Assembly: GCA_947170195.1 (NCBI GenBank)
Contig: CAMVSS010000001.1
Location: 2,371-66,370, forward strand
Source: an uncultured Treponema sp.
GTDB taxonomy: Bacteria; Spirochaetota; Spirochaetia; Treponematales; Treponemataceae
Direction of reading: 5' to 3'
DNA: 64,000 bases
A program made the translations under genes and the position numbers. The notes below the pieces were generated by a model. The model did not search any database. It was not told the DNA's origin and worked only from the letters and a program-made list of their open reading frames with translations. Each line of letters begins with the position of its first letter. Within the stretch, counting starts at the first letter, position 1. This document shows, in pieces, positions 9,072 to 18,481 of this stretch.

Positions 9072-9254
9072 AATTTGAACCTCCGGAAGTTCATTTTTAA
9101 TAGAGATGCTAAAAATATACTATTTATGCATATCCGTTTCAACGTGTTGTAAAAAACAGGAGTTTATTTTAAAAAAAGAAAATTTTTTTAAGTTTTTTTT
9201 TGTAAAAAAACTTTATAACTTGTAAAAAAAACGACATGCATATATGATATTCTT

Positions 9255-12200
9255 ATGGATTTTTCGCATAATTTAAAAAAGATTGGTTTCGTTCTTGCCA
9301 ATATTCATTCCGGATCATCGCTTCGTCTTTGGTATGAGATTGCAAAAGAGGCTGGTCAAGAGGACGGGTCTCTTTTTATCTTTCCAATTGGAAAGTTGGA
9401 GTCAGAAACAAAGAATCTCAGAAGTAAAATTTATTCTTTGGTAAATTCGGAAAATGTTGACGGCGTTATCAGTTGGGCTTCCAGCTTGGGAAGTTCCGTT
9501 TCGATGGAGAAACTCGAAAAGTTCCATGACTCTTTTGGAGATCTGCCTCTTGTCACTATTGGTCAGAAAATCAAAAATCATCCTTATGTGAAATTCGATG
9601 CGTATACAGGTATGAAGGAGCTTGTCCTTCATATTATTAAAATTCATGGCGCGCGCAGGATTGTTTTTATTCGAGGTCCGGAGAATCATGCTTCGGCTAC
9701 AGACCGTTTCAATGCTTATAAAGACGCTTTAAAAGAGAACAGCCTTGATTTTGAAGGTTCTGAAAAATATATATCTGATTGTTTCGGTTGGTTTGAAGGC
9801 GAAAAAGGAATCATTCAGATTTGTGATGAAAGAGGGCTTGTTCCGGGTAAAGATTTTGATGCTGTAGTTGCTCCGAGCGATTTGATGGCGTTCGAAATTG
9901 TAAAATTCCTGAAAAACCGTGGCTACAGAATTCCTAAAGACGTAATCGTTTCTGGTTTCAATGATACTGTCGAAAGCAAGATTTCTCTCCCCTCCCTTTC
10001 CACTGTTCACATGCCTCACGCGGAGCTTGGCTCCGAGTCATACAGGATGCTCAAAACCCTGTTGGGAAACAATGGCTCCGTTCTTGATACAATTCTTCCG
10101 GCATATCCTGTTTTTCGCGAAACCTGTGGCTGTGGCAATCTGAAGTCATGGGTATCCCCTGTGGATGCAAAAGTAAAGGTAAAGAACCGACAGCAGTTTT
10201 TCGATGAGATCTGCCGCTTGCTCAAAATTCGTTCCGAGGAGAGGAAGGGAAATCTTTCCGAGCTTCTTGATTCGTTGTTCGAGAATGACCGCGGTAAATT
10301 TACCGAACTTCTTTCAATGGGTGTCGAGCGCTATTTAAAGAAATCCGGGGAGCTTTCAAAGCTTTTCTCCGTCCTCATGCTTTTTAAAAATGCGCAGTGT
10401 TTCGCACCGGAATATATAGAAAAAATCAGCAAATATGTGAACGTAATCATTGCTCAGGTTCAGGAGCGGGTTTCATATCAGCGAATCTATGAGTTTGAAA
10501 AGCAGCACGCGGTTTTGCGAAAATTCAAACAGGAATTGCTTGCGGTTCATTATAAAAAAGATTTTATGCACGTCATAAGGAAAAATCTTGTTCAGCTCGG
10601 CATTTCCAATCTGGCCATAATAATGACGGACGACGAAGATTTTTCTCGCTACGTTACCGGTTATAACAGCAAGGATGAGATTCGCTTCGAGGAAGTCAGA
10701 TTTTCTTCAGGCCAGCTCGTACCGGAAAAATTCTCATCTGATTTTGATAAAGGCGTGTTCATAGTCCAGCCTCTGTTTACGGATGACAAATACTATGGCT
10801 ACATGATTACCAATTATTCAGGTTGTGAAGGATTTGTTTATGAGGATATCCGTTCTTCCGTAAGCAATGCTCTTCAGACCGTAATGATGTTTGAGGAAAT
10901 CAGTCAGGCCCGTCAGATTGCCGAAAAAGCCGAATTCGAAAAAACTGAATTTTTTGCCAATGTCGGAAGTGATTTGTGCGATCCTCTGAAAGATTTGTCT
11001 TCTAAAATCGCCCAGATGGAAAAAAATATTTCGAACGGGGTTCTTGATTCTGACATATTGAGCGAGCAGCTTTTGTTCCTTCGCTCGCAGATTGAGTCTC
11101 AGCTCGAAAAAACGATAACTTTGGTTGACCTGACGCGTTCTCAGGTTGATGACCTCCCTATGGATAAAAAGCTTTTCGATATCCGTCAGGTGCTTCCGGT
11201 GAGCATAGCGTCTGCTGTCGAAAAGGAAATGCCGCTTTTGTATGGCGATTCAGACAGGCTGAAAAAAGCCTTGCAGAATATATCTGATTTTACCGAACGA
11301 AATCCTTACATCGTCGAAAAGAAAGACGGTATACATATAGAATTCTATTCTTCGCGCTTTGACTGGTCTCGTCCGGAGCTCCAGCTCGCTGAAAAAATTA
11401 TTCTTCTTCAGTATGGAAGCGTTGAGAAGTCAGAGAATTTTGTTGAAGTCGTTCTTACCTGGCCTAACCTCGCAGGTCTTCCGTCTGAAAGCGTTGATGG
11501 TGACGATATCAAGGTTTTCTGCCTCTCGGAAAAAAATACAGAAAAAGTTTCTTTTGTCTCTCAATTCGAGAAGTTTGCGGATTTTGACGCCCATGATGAA
11601 TCTGTAAAAAATTTCTGTATGTTGTATTGGGAGCCTGATGATGCTCCTATTGACGAATGGGTAAAGATTTACGGTTTGCGCAAGGACAACAAGCTTTTCC
11701 GCGCTCCATTGATCTGTTACAGTCGTCGTCTTATTGGGCATACGTTTATGGAGATGCTTGAGCAGAAAGTTAAGAGCCAGAAGGTTGATTCTGTTCTGTT
11801 TGTAAACGCTAAGCATACTCATTATGGAACTTGGGCAACTGACTCTAATGCTGTCAGCATTTCGAGCGTCAAAGAGCTTGATAAAATACTTGAGGAGATT
11901 ACACCATCTCTGATCGTGTTTGAATCAATCGACGAGGCGAGCATAAAGAAGATTCGGCAGAACCCTAAAACCGTTCTTGTTCCGATTCTCGTGCTCCCTG
12001 ATTCTATTGTTTCTGATGAGGAGGTTGAGCTTCTTTGTTCTCATCCGCGCATCGTCCTGTGCAACAGGGGGGCTGCGGAGTCGGAACAGTTTGATGCACG
12101 AATTAAGGCAATTCTTGAGGGGGATGAAATATTGCCTCCTCATACGGGTGCGCTTGTAAAAAAAGCAATCCTTTACCTTAACAAAAATGCATCGCAGCAA

Positions 12201-12458
12201 ATTGTCAGATGGAAGCTTGCGGATACTGTTCACGTAAGTGAAGATTATCTTACAAGAATCTTCCATAAAGAGATCGGATTGAGTCTTTGGGAGTATCTAA
12301 ACAGGTACAGAATCTATATAGCAACGAAAATGCTTCTTGAGACCAACGATACGATATATGAAATTGCGGAAAATTCCGGTTTTCAAGATCAGGCTTACTT
12401 CTGTAGGGTGTTCAAGAAGATTTACGGAGTTCCGCCGGGAAAAATCCGAACTAAATAA
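9255..12458 (+). CDS. hybrid regulator: LacI-type sugar-binding domain + degenerate HK/receiver-like region + AraC HTH
   Basis: N-terminal AVVAPSDLMA..RIPKDVIVSGFND..LSTVH..RETCGC; HisKA-like KTEFFANVGSDL; C-terminal LADTVHVSEDYLTRIFHKEIG..IAENSGFQDQAYFCRVFKKIYGVPP. Confidence 0.88.
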   Translation: MDFSHNLKKIGFVLANIHSGSSLRLWYEIAKEAGQEDGSLFIFPIGKLESETKNLRSKIYSLVNSENVDGVISWASSLGSSVSMEKLEKFHDSFGDLPLVTIGQKIKNHPYVKFDAYTGMKELVLHIIKIHGARRIVFIRGPENHASATDRFNAYKDALKENSLDFEGSEKYISDCFGWFEGEKGIIQICDERGLVPGKDFDAVVAPSDLMAFEIVKFLKNRGYRIPKDVIVSGFNDTVESKISLPSLSTVHMPHAELGSESYRMLKTLLGNNGSVLDTILPAYPVFRETCGCGNLKSWVSPVDAKVKVKNRQQFFDEICRLLKIRSEERKGNLSELLDSLFENDRGKFTELLSMGVERYLKKSGELSKLFSVLMLFKNAQCFAPEYIEKISKYVNVIIAQVQERVSYQRIYEFEKQHAVLRKFKQELLAVHYKKDFMHVIRKNLVQLGISNLAIIMTDDEDFSRYVTGYNSKDEIRFEEVRFSSGQLVPEKFSSDFDKGVFIVQPLFTDDKYYGYMITNYSGCEGFVYEDIRSSVSNALQTVMMFEEISQARQIAEKAEFEKTEFFANVGSDLCDPLKDLSSKIAQMEKNISNGVLDSDILSEQLLFLRSQIESQLEKTITLVDLTRSQVDDLPMDKKLFDIRQVLPVSIASAVEKEMPLLYGDSDRLKKALQNISDFTERNPYIVEKKDGIHIEFYSSRFDWSRPELQLAEKIILLQYGSVEKSENFVEVVLTWPNLAGLPSESVDGDDIKVFCLSEKNTEKVSFVSQFEKFADFDAHDESVKNFCMLYWEPDDAPIDEWVKIYGLRKDNKLFRAPLICYSRRLIGHTFMEMLEQKVKSQKVDSVLFVNAKHTHYGTWATDSNAVSISSVKELDKILEEITPSLIVFESIDEASIKKIRQNPKTVLVPILVLPDSIVSDEEVELLCSHPRIVLCNRGAAESEQFDARIKAILEGDEILPPHTGALVKKAILYLNKNASQQIVRWKLADTVHVSEDYLTRIFHKEIGLSLWEYLNRYRIYIATKMLLETNDTIYEIAENSGFQDQAYFCRVFKKIYGVPPGKIRTK

Positions 12459-12539
12459 AACATAATGTTCGGTTTTGTCCAATAACCAACACGTATTTTT
12501 TAGGCGTGAAACGCTAATATAGTTAAACTGAGGTTAGAT

Positions 12540-13481
12540 ATGAACGCACAAGAAACAAATGTTCTTAATGTACCGAAAAAGGATCTTTGGAAAGACATCA
12601 AAAGACATTTTTCGGTTTATGCGCTGCTCGTTATTCCGGTTGTGTACTATGCAATCTTAAAGTATGGTCCAATTCTCAACGGTCAGATCGCATTCAAAGA
12701 TTTCGCACCGATTGATGGTGTTTGGGGAAGTACTTGGGTTGGATTCAAGAACTTCATGAACTTCTTCCATTCGTTCTATTTCGGTGAGCTTCTTAGAAAT
12801 ACAATCCTTTACAGTTTGGCAAAGCTTTGTATTTCGGTTCCTCTTTCAATCATTTTGTCTGTATGTCTCTATGAGTGTACGCACAACATGCTTCGAAGAA
12901 TCGTTCAGACCCTTGCTTACCTTCCGCACTTCTTGTCATGGGTTATCATGTACGGTATCTTGCTTGTATTGCTCGCTCCTGGCGACGGTATGTTGAACGA
13001 CCTTATTAAATTCTGTGGTGGAAAGCCGATTGACTTCCTTACCAACACTCACACATTCCCAGTAATCGTAATTCTTTCCGATGCATGGAAGGAGATGGGA
13101 TGGGCTGCAATCATCTTTATTGCTGCTTTGATGGGTATTGACCCTTCTCTGTTCGAGGCTGCAATGGTTGAAGGTGCTTCTGCTGTACAGCGTGTATGGT
13201 ACATCACAATTCCTTCAATTAAACCGGTTATCGTTACTGTAGTTCTTCTTAAACTTGGTACCATCCTTGACGCTGGTTTCAACCAGATGTTCATGTTGTA
13301 TTCTGTTCCTGTATATTCAGTTGCTGATATCATCGATACTTGGGTTTACCGCCAGGGTCTTCTCCAGTTCGAGTTCGCTTTGGCAACAGCCGTTGGTATC
13401 TTCAAGGGTGTAATCGGTATGCTCTTGGTAATGGTATCTAACAAGGTTGTTAAGAAGTTGACGGAATCTTCACTCTTGTAA
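12540..13481 (+). CDS. carbohydrate ABC transporter permease (LplB-like)
   Basis: WVGFKNF, YLPHFLSWV, EAA motif LFEAAMVEGA; multiple TM helices. Confidence 0.93.
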   Translation: MNAQETNVLNVPKKDLWKDIKRHFSVYALLVIPVVYYAILKYGPILNGQIAFKDFAPIDGVWGSTWVGFKNFMNFFHSFYFGELLRNTILYSLAKLCISVPLSIILSVCLYECTHNMLRRIVQTLAYLPHFLSWVIMYGILLVLLAPGDGMLNDLIKFCGGKPIDFLTNTHTFPVIVILSDAWKEMGWAAIIFIAALMGIDPSLFEAAMVEGASAVQRVWYITIPSIKPVIVTVVLLKLGTILDAGFNQMFMLYSVPVYSVADIIDTWVYRQGLLQFEFALATAVGIFKGVIGMLLVMVSNKVVKKLTESSLL

Positions 13482-13498
13482 TAAAAACGAGGATAAAA

Positions 13499-14389
13499 AT
13501 GACTAAACCAAAGACAGTAAAATTAACAGCAGGTGACCGCACATTTTATATCGTAATCAATGCATTCCTTGTATTCATTGGTGTTGTAATCGCAATCCCG
13601 ATTTGGAGTACAATCACTCAGTCTGTACGTCCAATCGACTTCATCGGTACTAACCTTGAGACAATGTTCCTCCCTGTATGGAAGTGGGATAATGCGGCTT
13701 ATGTGGCTCTTCTTGGAAACAACGGATTTATCCTTGCTTTCTGGAACTCAATCAAAATCATGACTTTCGGTGTTCTTACTTCTTTGTCACTCACAATTCC
13801 GATGTCATATTGTATGTCTGTACAGGATTTGCCAGGACGTAAGATTCTTAACTATTTCGTTCTTATCCCGTATTTGTTCAACATCGGTATGATCCCAACA
13901 TACCTTGTTGTTACTAACCTCCACCTTGCAAACCATCTTGCATCTATCTTCTTGCCGGGTGCAATTGGTACTTACAACTGTTTGATTATGCGCGGCTTCT
14001 TCGAGGGAATCCCAGAATCTCTTAAAGAGTCTGCTCGAATTGACGGTGCTGCAGAATGGTATGTTCTTATTTCTATCATTCTTCCATTGTCAAAGCCAAT
14101 CATCATGACAATCGGTTTGTACTATGCGGTAAACTTCTGGAATGACTTCATGCACGCTATGTTGTACTTGAACGAAGCTTATCTCCAGCCGCTTCCAATC
14201 TTGCTCCGAAACATCCTTCTTGGAAGTTCTATGAACGAGAACCTTGATGTAAACGCATTCGGTAATGCATCTGTTCAGGCAATCAAAGCTGCGTCTGTAT
14301 TTATGTCTGCAATTCCGATGATTCTTGCTTATCCGTTCATCCAGAAATACTTTACAAAGGGAACTATGCTTGGTTCTGTAAAGGGCTAA
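13499..14389 (+). CDS. carbohydrate ABC transporter permease (LplC-like)
   Basis: LKESARIDGA, WNDF, YPFIQKYFTKG..GSVKG. Confidence 0.93.
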   Translation: MTKPKTVKLTAGDRTFYIVINAFLVFIGVVIAIPIWSTITQSVRPIDFIGTNLETMFLPVWKWDNAAYVALLGNNGFILAFWNSIKIMTFGVLTSLSLTIPMSYCMSVQDLPGRKILNYFVLIPYLFNIGMIPTYLVVTNLHLANHLASIFLPGAIGTYNCLIMRGFFEGIPESLKESARIDGAAEWYVLISIILPLSKPIIMTIGLYYAVNFWNDFMHAMLYLNEAYLQPLPILLRNILLGSSMNENLDVNAFGNASVQAIKAASVFMSAIPMILAYPFIQKYFTKGTMLGSVKG

Positions 14390-14524
14390 TGTTGTATTAT
14401 TTATACGATTGGACAGAAAATTGAAACTTTTTTGTCCAATTCGTGTTTATAATGATAATATCTGCTTTCTTTAGAAGTAGAATTTTTAAATTGTTTTCAT
14501 ATTTTTCAAAAAAGGAGGAAAAAA

Positions 14525-16111
14525 ATGAAAAACTTCGTTAAGAATCTCGCTCTTTCAGCATTGATTCTTGCAATTGCCGCTCCTTCATTTGCTGCAAAAA
14601 AAGCTCCAAAAGTAAAGACAAATAAAGACGGCACAGTTGACATTGAACTTTGGTATGGTATGTCTATGTCTGAAGCAGGTGCTCCACCATCAGATTGGAT
14701 TGCTTATAAGATTATTAAAGACAAGCTCAAGATTAATCTTAAAGCAACTGGTCTTCCTTCTTCAGAAAAAGATCAGGATCAGAAGATCAACGCCGCTGGT
14801 GCTGCAAACGCTCTTCCTGATATTTTCATGGTATCATCATCAGTTTATCCAAAACTCGTACAGCAGAAACTTCTCGCTCCTGTAGAAGATATGTACGCTA
14901 TGATGCCAACTCGTACAGCTAAATTGTACGATAAAGATGCTCAGGCATTCCCACTCCAGTCAGATGGAAAATCATACGCTTTGGCTCAGCCAGGTTCAAT
15001 CGTTCGCAACGAGTCAATCCTTATCCGCAAAGACTGGTTGGACAAACTTGGTCTTTCTATCCCAAAAACAACAGATGAATTCTTGGCTGTAATGAAAGCA
15101 TTCACAGAGCGAGATCCTGATGGAAACGGAAAGAAAGATACTTATGGATACGGTGCCTTCCTTGAGGCTTCTCCAGCTAACGAAACACCAGGACGTCGTT
15201 TCGACCCACTCATGGGTGCATTCGGTGTACCAGGTACATGGAACCTTTCTTCTGTAAAAACTGCTGGTCTTAACATCAACAAACCTGAATACTATGATGC
15301 TTTGGTTTACGTAAAATCAATCATCGATGCTGGTTACATTGATCCAAACTGGATGGCTTATCAGAAAGATGACTACCGCGCAGCTTGGAAACAGGGAAAA
15401 TTCGGTATCATGCGTGAACAGAACGCTGCTTACGCTTCAGAAGCTAACTACGCTCCGTTCGACAACAACTTCCCGAACGGTGAATGGAAAATCATTAACC
15501 CACCTGTAGGACCAAAGGGATATTCTTCAAACGGTACTTACTCACAGGCTTATCGTATGTATGCAATTTCTGCTAAAGCTGAAAAAGCTGGAAAGAAACC
15601 ATACATCGCAAAACTCCTTGAATGGATGTCTTCTGACGAAGGTTACTACCTCCTCGGATGGGGTGTTGAAGGCGTAAACTACAAGAAGAACGCACAGGGT
15701 GTTCCAGTTGTTGACGGTATCCCGGATGCAAAACTCGGATTCACAAAACCTGCTGCACTTCCACTCACACAGATGAGAAACATGGTTTACTACAATGGTG
15801 ACATCGAATTGGCAGCTCGCTACCCAACTTACAAGACAGCTAAGTCTGGAAAGACAATGTCTTCATTGGTAGCTCTCCGCGAAATGCAGGCTACTCCTTG
15901 GACTGCATGTATCGGTCAGGACAAAATGCCAGTTCCAAATGCTGACTTGGAGCGATTCTACCAGCAGGGTGTTATCGAATTCTTGACAGGAAAACGTGTT
16001 CTTAACCCAGAAAACTGGAAAGCTTGGCTTGCTGAATTCAACAAGATGGGCGGACAGGCTTGGGAAGCTGAAGGCATTAAGCTTGCTAAGGAAATGAGAC
16101 TTATCAAATAG
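14525..16111 (+). CDS. ABC transporter extracellular solute-binding protein (oligosaccharide, LplA-like)
   Basis: Signal peptide; IRKDWLDKLGL.PKTTDE..AF.ERDPDGNGKKDTYG, WGVEGVNY; strong RBS AAGGAGG. Confidence 0.9.
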   Translation: MKNFVKNLALSALILAIAAPSFAAKKAPKVKTNKDGTVDIELWYGMSMSEAGAPPSDWIAYKIIKDKLKINLKATGLPSSEKDQDQKINAAGAANALPDIFMVSSSVYPKLVQQKLLAPVEDMYAMMPTRTAKLYDKDAQAFPLQSDGKSYALAQPGSIVRNESILIRKDWLDKLGLSIPKTTDEFLAVMKAFTERDPDGNGKKDTYGYGAFLEASPANETPGRRFDPLMGAFGVPGTWNLSSVKTAGLNINKPEYYDALVYVKSIIDAGYIDPNWMAYQKDDYRAAWKQGKFGIMREQNAAYASEANYAPFDNNFPNGEWKIINPPVGPKGYSSNGTYSQAYRMYAISAKAEKAGKKPYIAKLLEWMSSDEGYYLLGWGVEGVNYKKNAQGVPVVDGIPDAKLGFTKPAALPLTQMRNMVYYNGDIELAARYPTYKTAKSGKTMSSLVALREMQATPWTACIGQDKMPVPNADLERFYQQGVIEFLTGKRVLNPENWKAWLAEFNKMGGQAWEAEGIKLAKEMRLIK

Positions 16112-16136
16112 TTGATGGGTAACTAACCCTTTTCAT

Positions 16137-16168
16137 AAAAAAGGCACTGAGAAATCAGTGCCTTTTTT
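16137..16168 (+). terminator. intrinsic terminator of the ABC operon
   Basis: AAAAAAGGCACTGA-GAAA-TCAGTGCCTTTTTT. Confidence 0.92.
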
Positions 16169-16221
16169 ATTTTAAACCTTGTTGCACTTGGAAAAGTGCC
16201 TTGCTAGCTATCCCCGGGCAT

Positions 16222-16395
16222 TGTGGAAAACTATTGCGATTCGTGTAGATAATGTGGAGAAATTGTGTACTTCTTCACATGTTTTCCACATTATTTTGGT
16301 GAAAACTTTTTAAATTGTTAATAAAATGGCTAAATTTCCACAAGTTTTGCACTTTTTTAACATGTTTTCCACAACTTTCCACAAACTTTTCCACA
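16222..16395. promoter_or_regulatory. DnaA-box cluster
   Basis: Four exact TTWTNCACA matches (16222 reverse, 16282, 16365, 16387) and about eight one-mismatch boxes (16244r, 16253r, 16271, 16316r, 16334, 16345, 16354, 16375). Confidence 0.8.
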
Positions 16396-16443
16396 TTTTT
16401 TGTCCTTATGGACTTTTGGTCTGTTCTTTTGTATCATAAAAAA

Positions 16444-17217
16444 ATGAAGAACAAACTTACTAACGAACTTGCTGTTTGCGGCTTTGAGGCTGTGAAAGCC
16501 CTTGTAAAAAACAATAAACAGCTTATCAGAAGATTTTATTATTCTCGTGACAGAATGATGGCATTCAAAGATTTATTTAAGTATCTGGCAGAGAATAAAA
16601 TTCCGTATAATAACATTCCGGACGGCGAGCTTGAGAAGCTTAGCGGTACAGTACATCATCAGGGTGTTGTAGCAATGATCGCTCAGCCAGAGATCAAGCA
16701 TCTGACAACAGAAATTACTGACGAATGGCTGCATAACAAAGAGTCAGCTGTTCTTTTGGATCGCGTTGGAAATGCAAATAATCTTGGAGCAATTGTTAGA
16801 AGCGCGGCTTTTTTTGGAATCAAGAATATTATCGTTCCTGACGAGCAGGGCTTAATTACGACGAGTTCATACCGTGTGGCTCAGGGCGGCATGGAATACG
16901 TAAATATTTACTCAATTCATTCTATTTCAAAGCTTCTTACCGCAATGAAAGGTAAGATGGTTCGTTTGGGCACCGATGTGCGGGCAACGACAACTGTGGA
17001 CAAGATAGCTGAATTGTGCGGAAAAAAGCCGGCGCTGATAGTTCTTGGAAACGAAGAGAACGGAATTTCTGACTTGGTGCGTGCAAACTGTGATGAGCTT
17101 ATAAAAATTCCGGCGCTTCCTGGTGTAAGCGAGACTGATGCGCAGCCTATCGAAAGCCTTAATGTTGCGCAGGCGGCTGCAATTATTCTTTACGAAACCA
17201 GAAACTTAGTTCGCTAG
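16444..17217 (+). CDS. TrmH/SpoU-family RNA 2'-O-methyltransferase
   Basis: HHQGVVA, NLGAIVRSAAFFG, LGNEENG, ESLNVAQA. The real start is probably ATG 16444; the track extension to 16315 translates the DnaA boxes. Confidence 0.9.
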   Translation: MKNKLTNELAVCGFEAVKALVKNNKQLIRRFYYSRDRMMAFKDLFKYLAENKIPYNNIPDGELEKLSGTVHHQGVVAMIAQPEIKHLTTEITDEWLHNKESAVLLDRVGNANNLGAIVRSAAFFGIKNIIVPDEQGLITTSSYRVAQGGMEYVNIYSIHSISKLLTAMKGKMVRLGTDVRATTTVDKIAELCGKKPALIVLGNEENGISDLVRANCDELIKIPALPGVSETDAQPIESLNVAQAAAIILYETRNLVR

Positions 17218-17315
17218 ACAAAAAAAATCGGTCTTCAGCCAGAAAATTGTCAAATCATCGCTGTAAAAGTCAGGTGATTTTTGACAGAAGTCTGGTTGTG
17301 ACCGATTTTGTTTTT
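17218..17315. terminator. long imperfect hairpin / bidirectional terminator
   Basis: AAAATCGGTC...GACCGATTTT with inner CCAGA/TCTGG and TGTCAA/TTGACA pairing, between convergent genes. Confidence 0.65.
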
Positions 17316-17345
17316 CGGCTAAGTTTTGGCTTAGCCAGATATTTT

Positions 17346-18374
17346 TTATCTGTTCATTTCTGATTGTTTGCCCTTTGTCTGGTGTCCCTTGATGATAGAA
17401 CTGATTTCATTGAAGTCAGAAAGCGGTAAATCACCAAAGATTGTATTTTTAGTAGCGCAGGTCGCGTTTCCGAATTCCATAGCTTTTTTAGGATCATTGT
17501 ATTTTAACAATCCAAACAGGACTCCGGCGCAGTAAGCGTCTCCACTTCCGATTCTGTCAACGACATCTATATCTTTATATGCATCTTCGGTGTAGAATTT
17601 GTCTTCTGCTTTTGAGTAAACGAGAGATGTAAATGAGTGCACTTTCGGGCTGATTACCTCTCGTTCTGAAGAAGCGATGATCTCGATGTTCGGATAGTCC
17701 TTGCAGAATTCGCGGTGCATGTCTTCCAATGAACCTGTCTTCTGGAACATTCGGCGGCAGCTTTCTTCCGAGATGAACAGTATATCAATGAACGGAAGAA
17801 TCTTTTTGATCGTCGTGCGAGCGGTGTCCTCGTCCCAAAGATTTGCGCGGTAGTTTACGTCAAAAGCAATTTTTGTACCGGTAGCCTTGAAGTTTTTGAT
17901 TAATTCAATTGCCAGTTCGCGGGTATTTTCGCTGAGTGCAAGCGTGATTCCTGATGTGTAGAACATTCGGGTCTTGTCATAAATATCTGCCGGAATTTCT
18001 TCTTTTTTAATTTTTGTGATTGAAGAGTGTCGGCGGTCATAAACGACAGTTGGTTTTCGTGGATAAGCTCCGTTTTCGTAGTAGTAGATTCCGAGGCGAG
18101 CATCAGGAGAGTCATCGTAAATAATAAAATCGTCCGAAACGCTTGAGAATCGAATTCTGTTTTTTACGAAAGTGCCAAGTTCATTTTTTGGAAGTCGAGT
18201 AATGATTCCAGAGCGGAGACCCAAGAGAGAAACTCCAGAAGCTACGTTAAGTTCAGCTCCACCGGCGTGTTTCTCAAAGACATCGCTTCTGAAGATACGA
18301 CCATTTGCTGGAGGAGAAAGACGAAGCATTGTTTCTCCAAACGTAATCAAATCAAATTTTTTCGGCTGATCCAT
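17346..18374 (-). CDS. kdgK: 2-keto-3-deoxygluconate kinase (PfkB family)
   Basis: FGETMLRLSPP, GGAELNVA, YDR, FDVNYR..LW, VDRIGSGDAY; hexuronate context. Confidence 0.85.
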   Translation of the reverse strand: MDQPKKFDLITFGETMLRLSPPANGRIFRSDVFEKHAGGAELNVASGVSLLGLRSGIITRLPKNELGTFVKNRIRFSSVSDDFIIYDDSPDARLGIYYYENGAYPRKPTVVYDRRHSSITKIKKEEIPADIYDKTRMFYTSGITLALSENTRELAIELIKNFKATGTKIAFDVNYRANLWDEDTARTTIKKILPFIDILFISEESCRRMFQKTGSLEDMHREFCKDYPNIEIIASSEREVISPKVHSFTSLVYSKAEDKFYTEDAYKDIDVVDRIGSGDAYCAGVLFGLLKYNDPKKAMEFGNATCATKNTIFGDLPLSDFNEISSIIKGHQTKGKQSEMNR

Positions 18375-18481
18375 AAGTGTAAAGTCTCCAATTAAAAAAG
18401 TGATTTCATTTTATCTTTTTATTCTTTTGATAACAAGTGGAATTGGTTGTTGTCTTTATTGAAAATGACGATAATTAGAAT

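Noticed and set aside
16315-16443. N-terminal extension of the TrmH ORF
   Set aside because: It merely translates the DnaA-box cluster (FPQLSTNFST); ATG 16444 is the plausible start.
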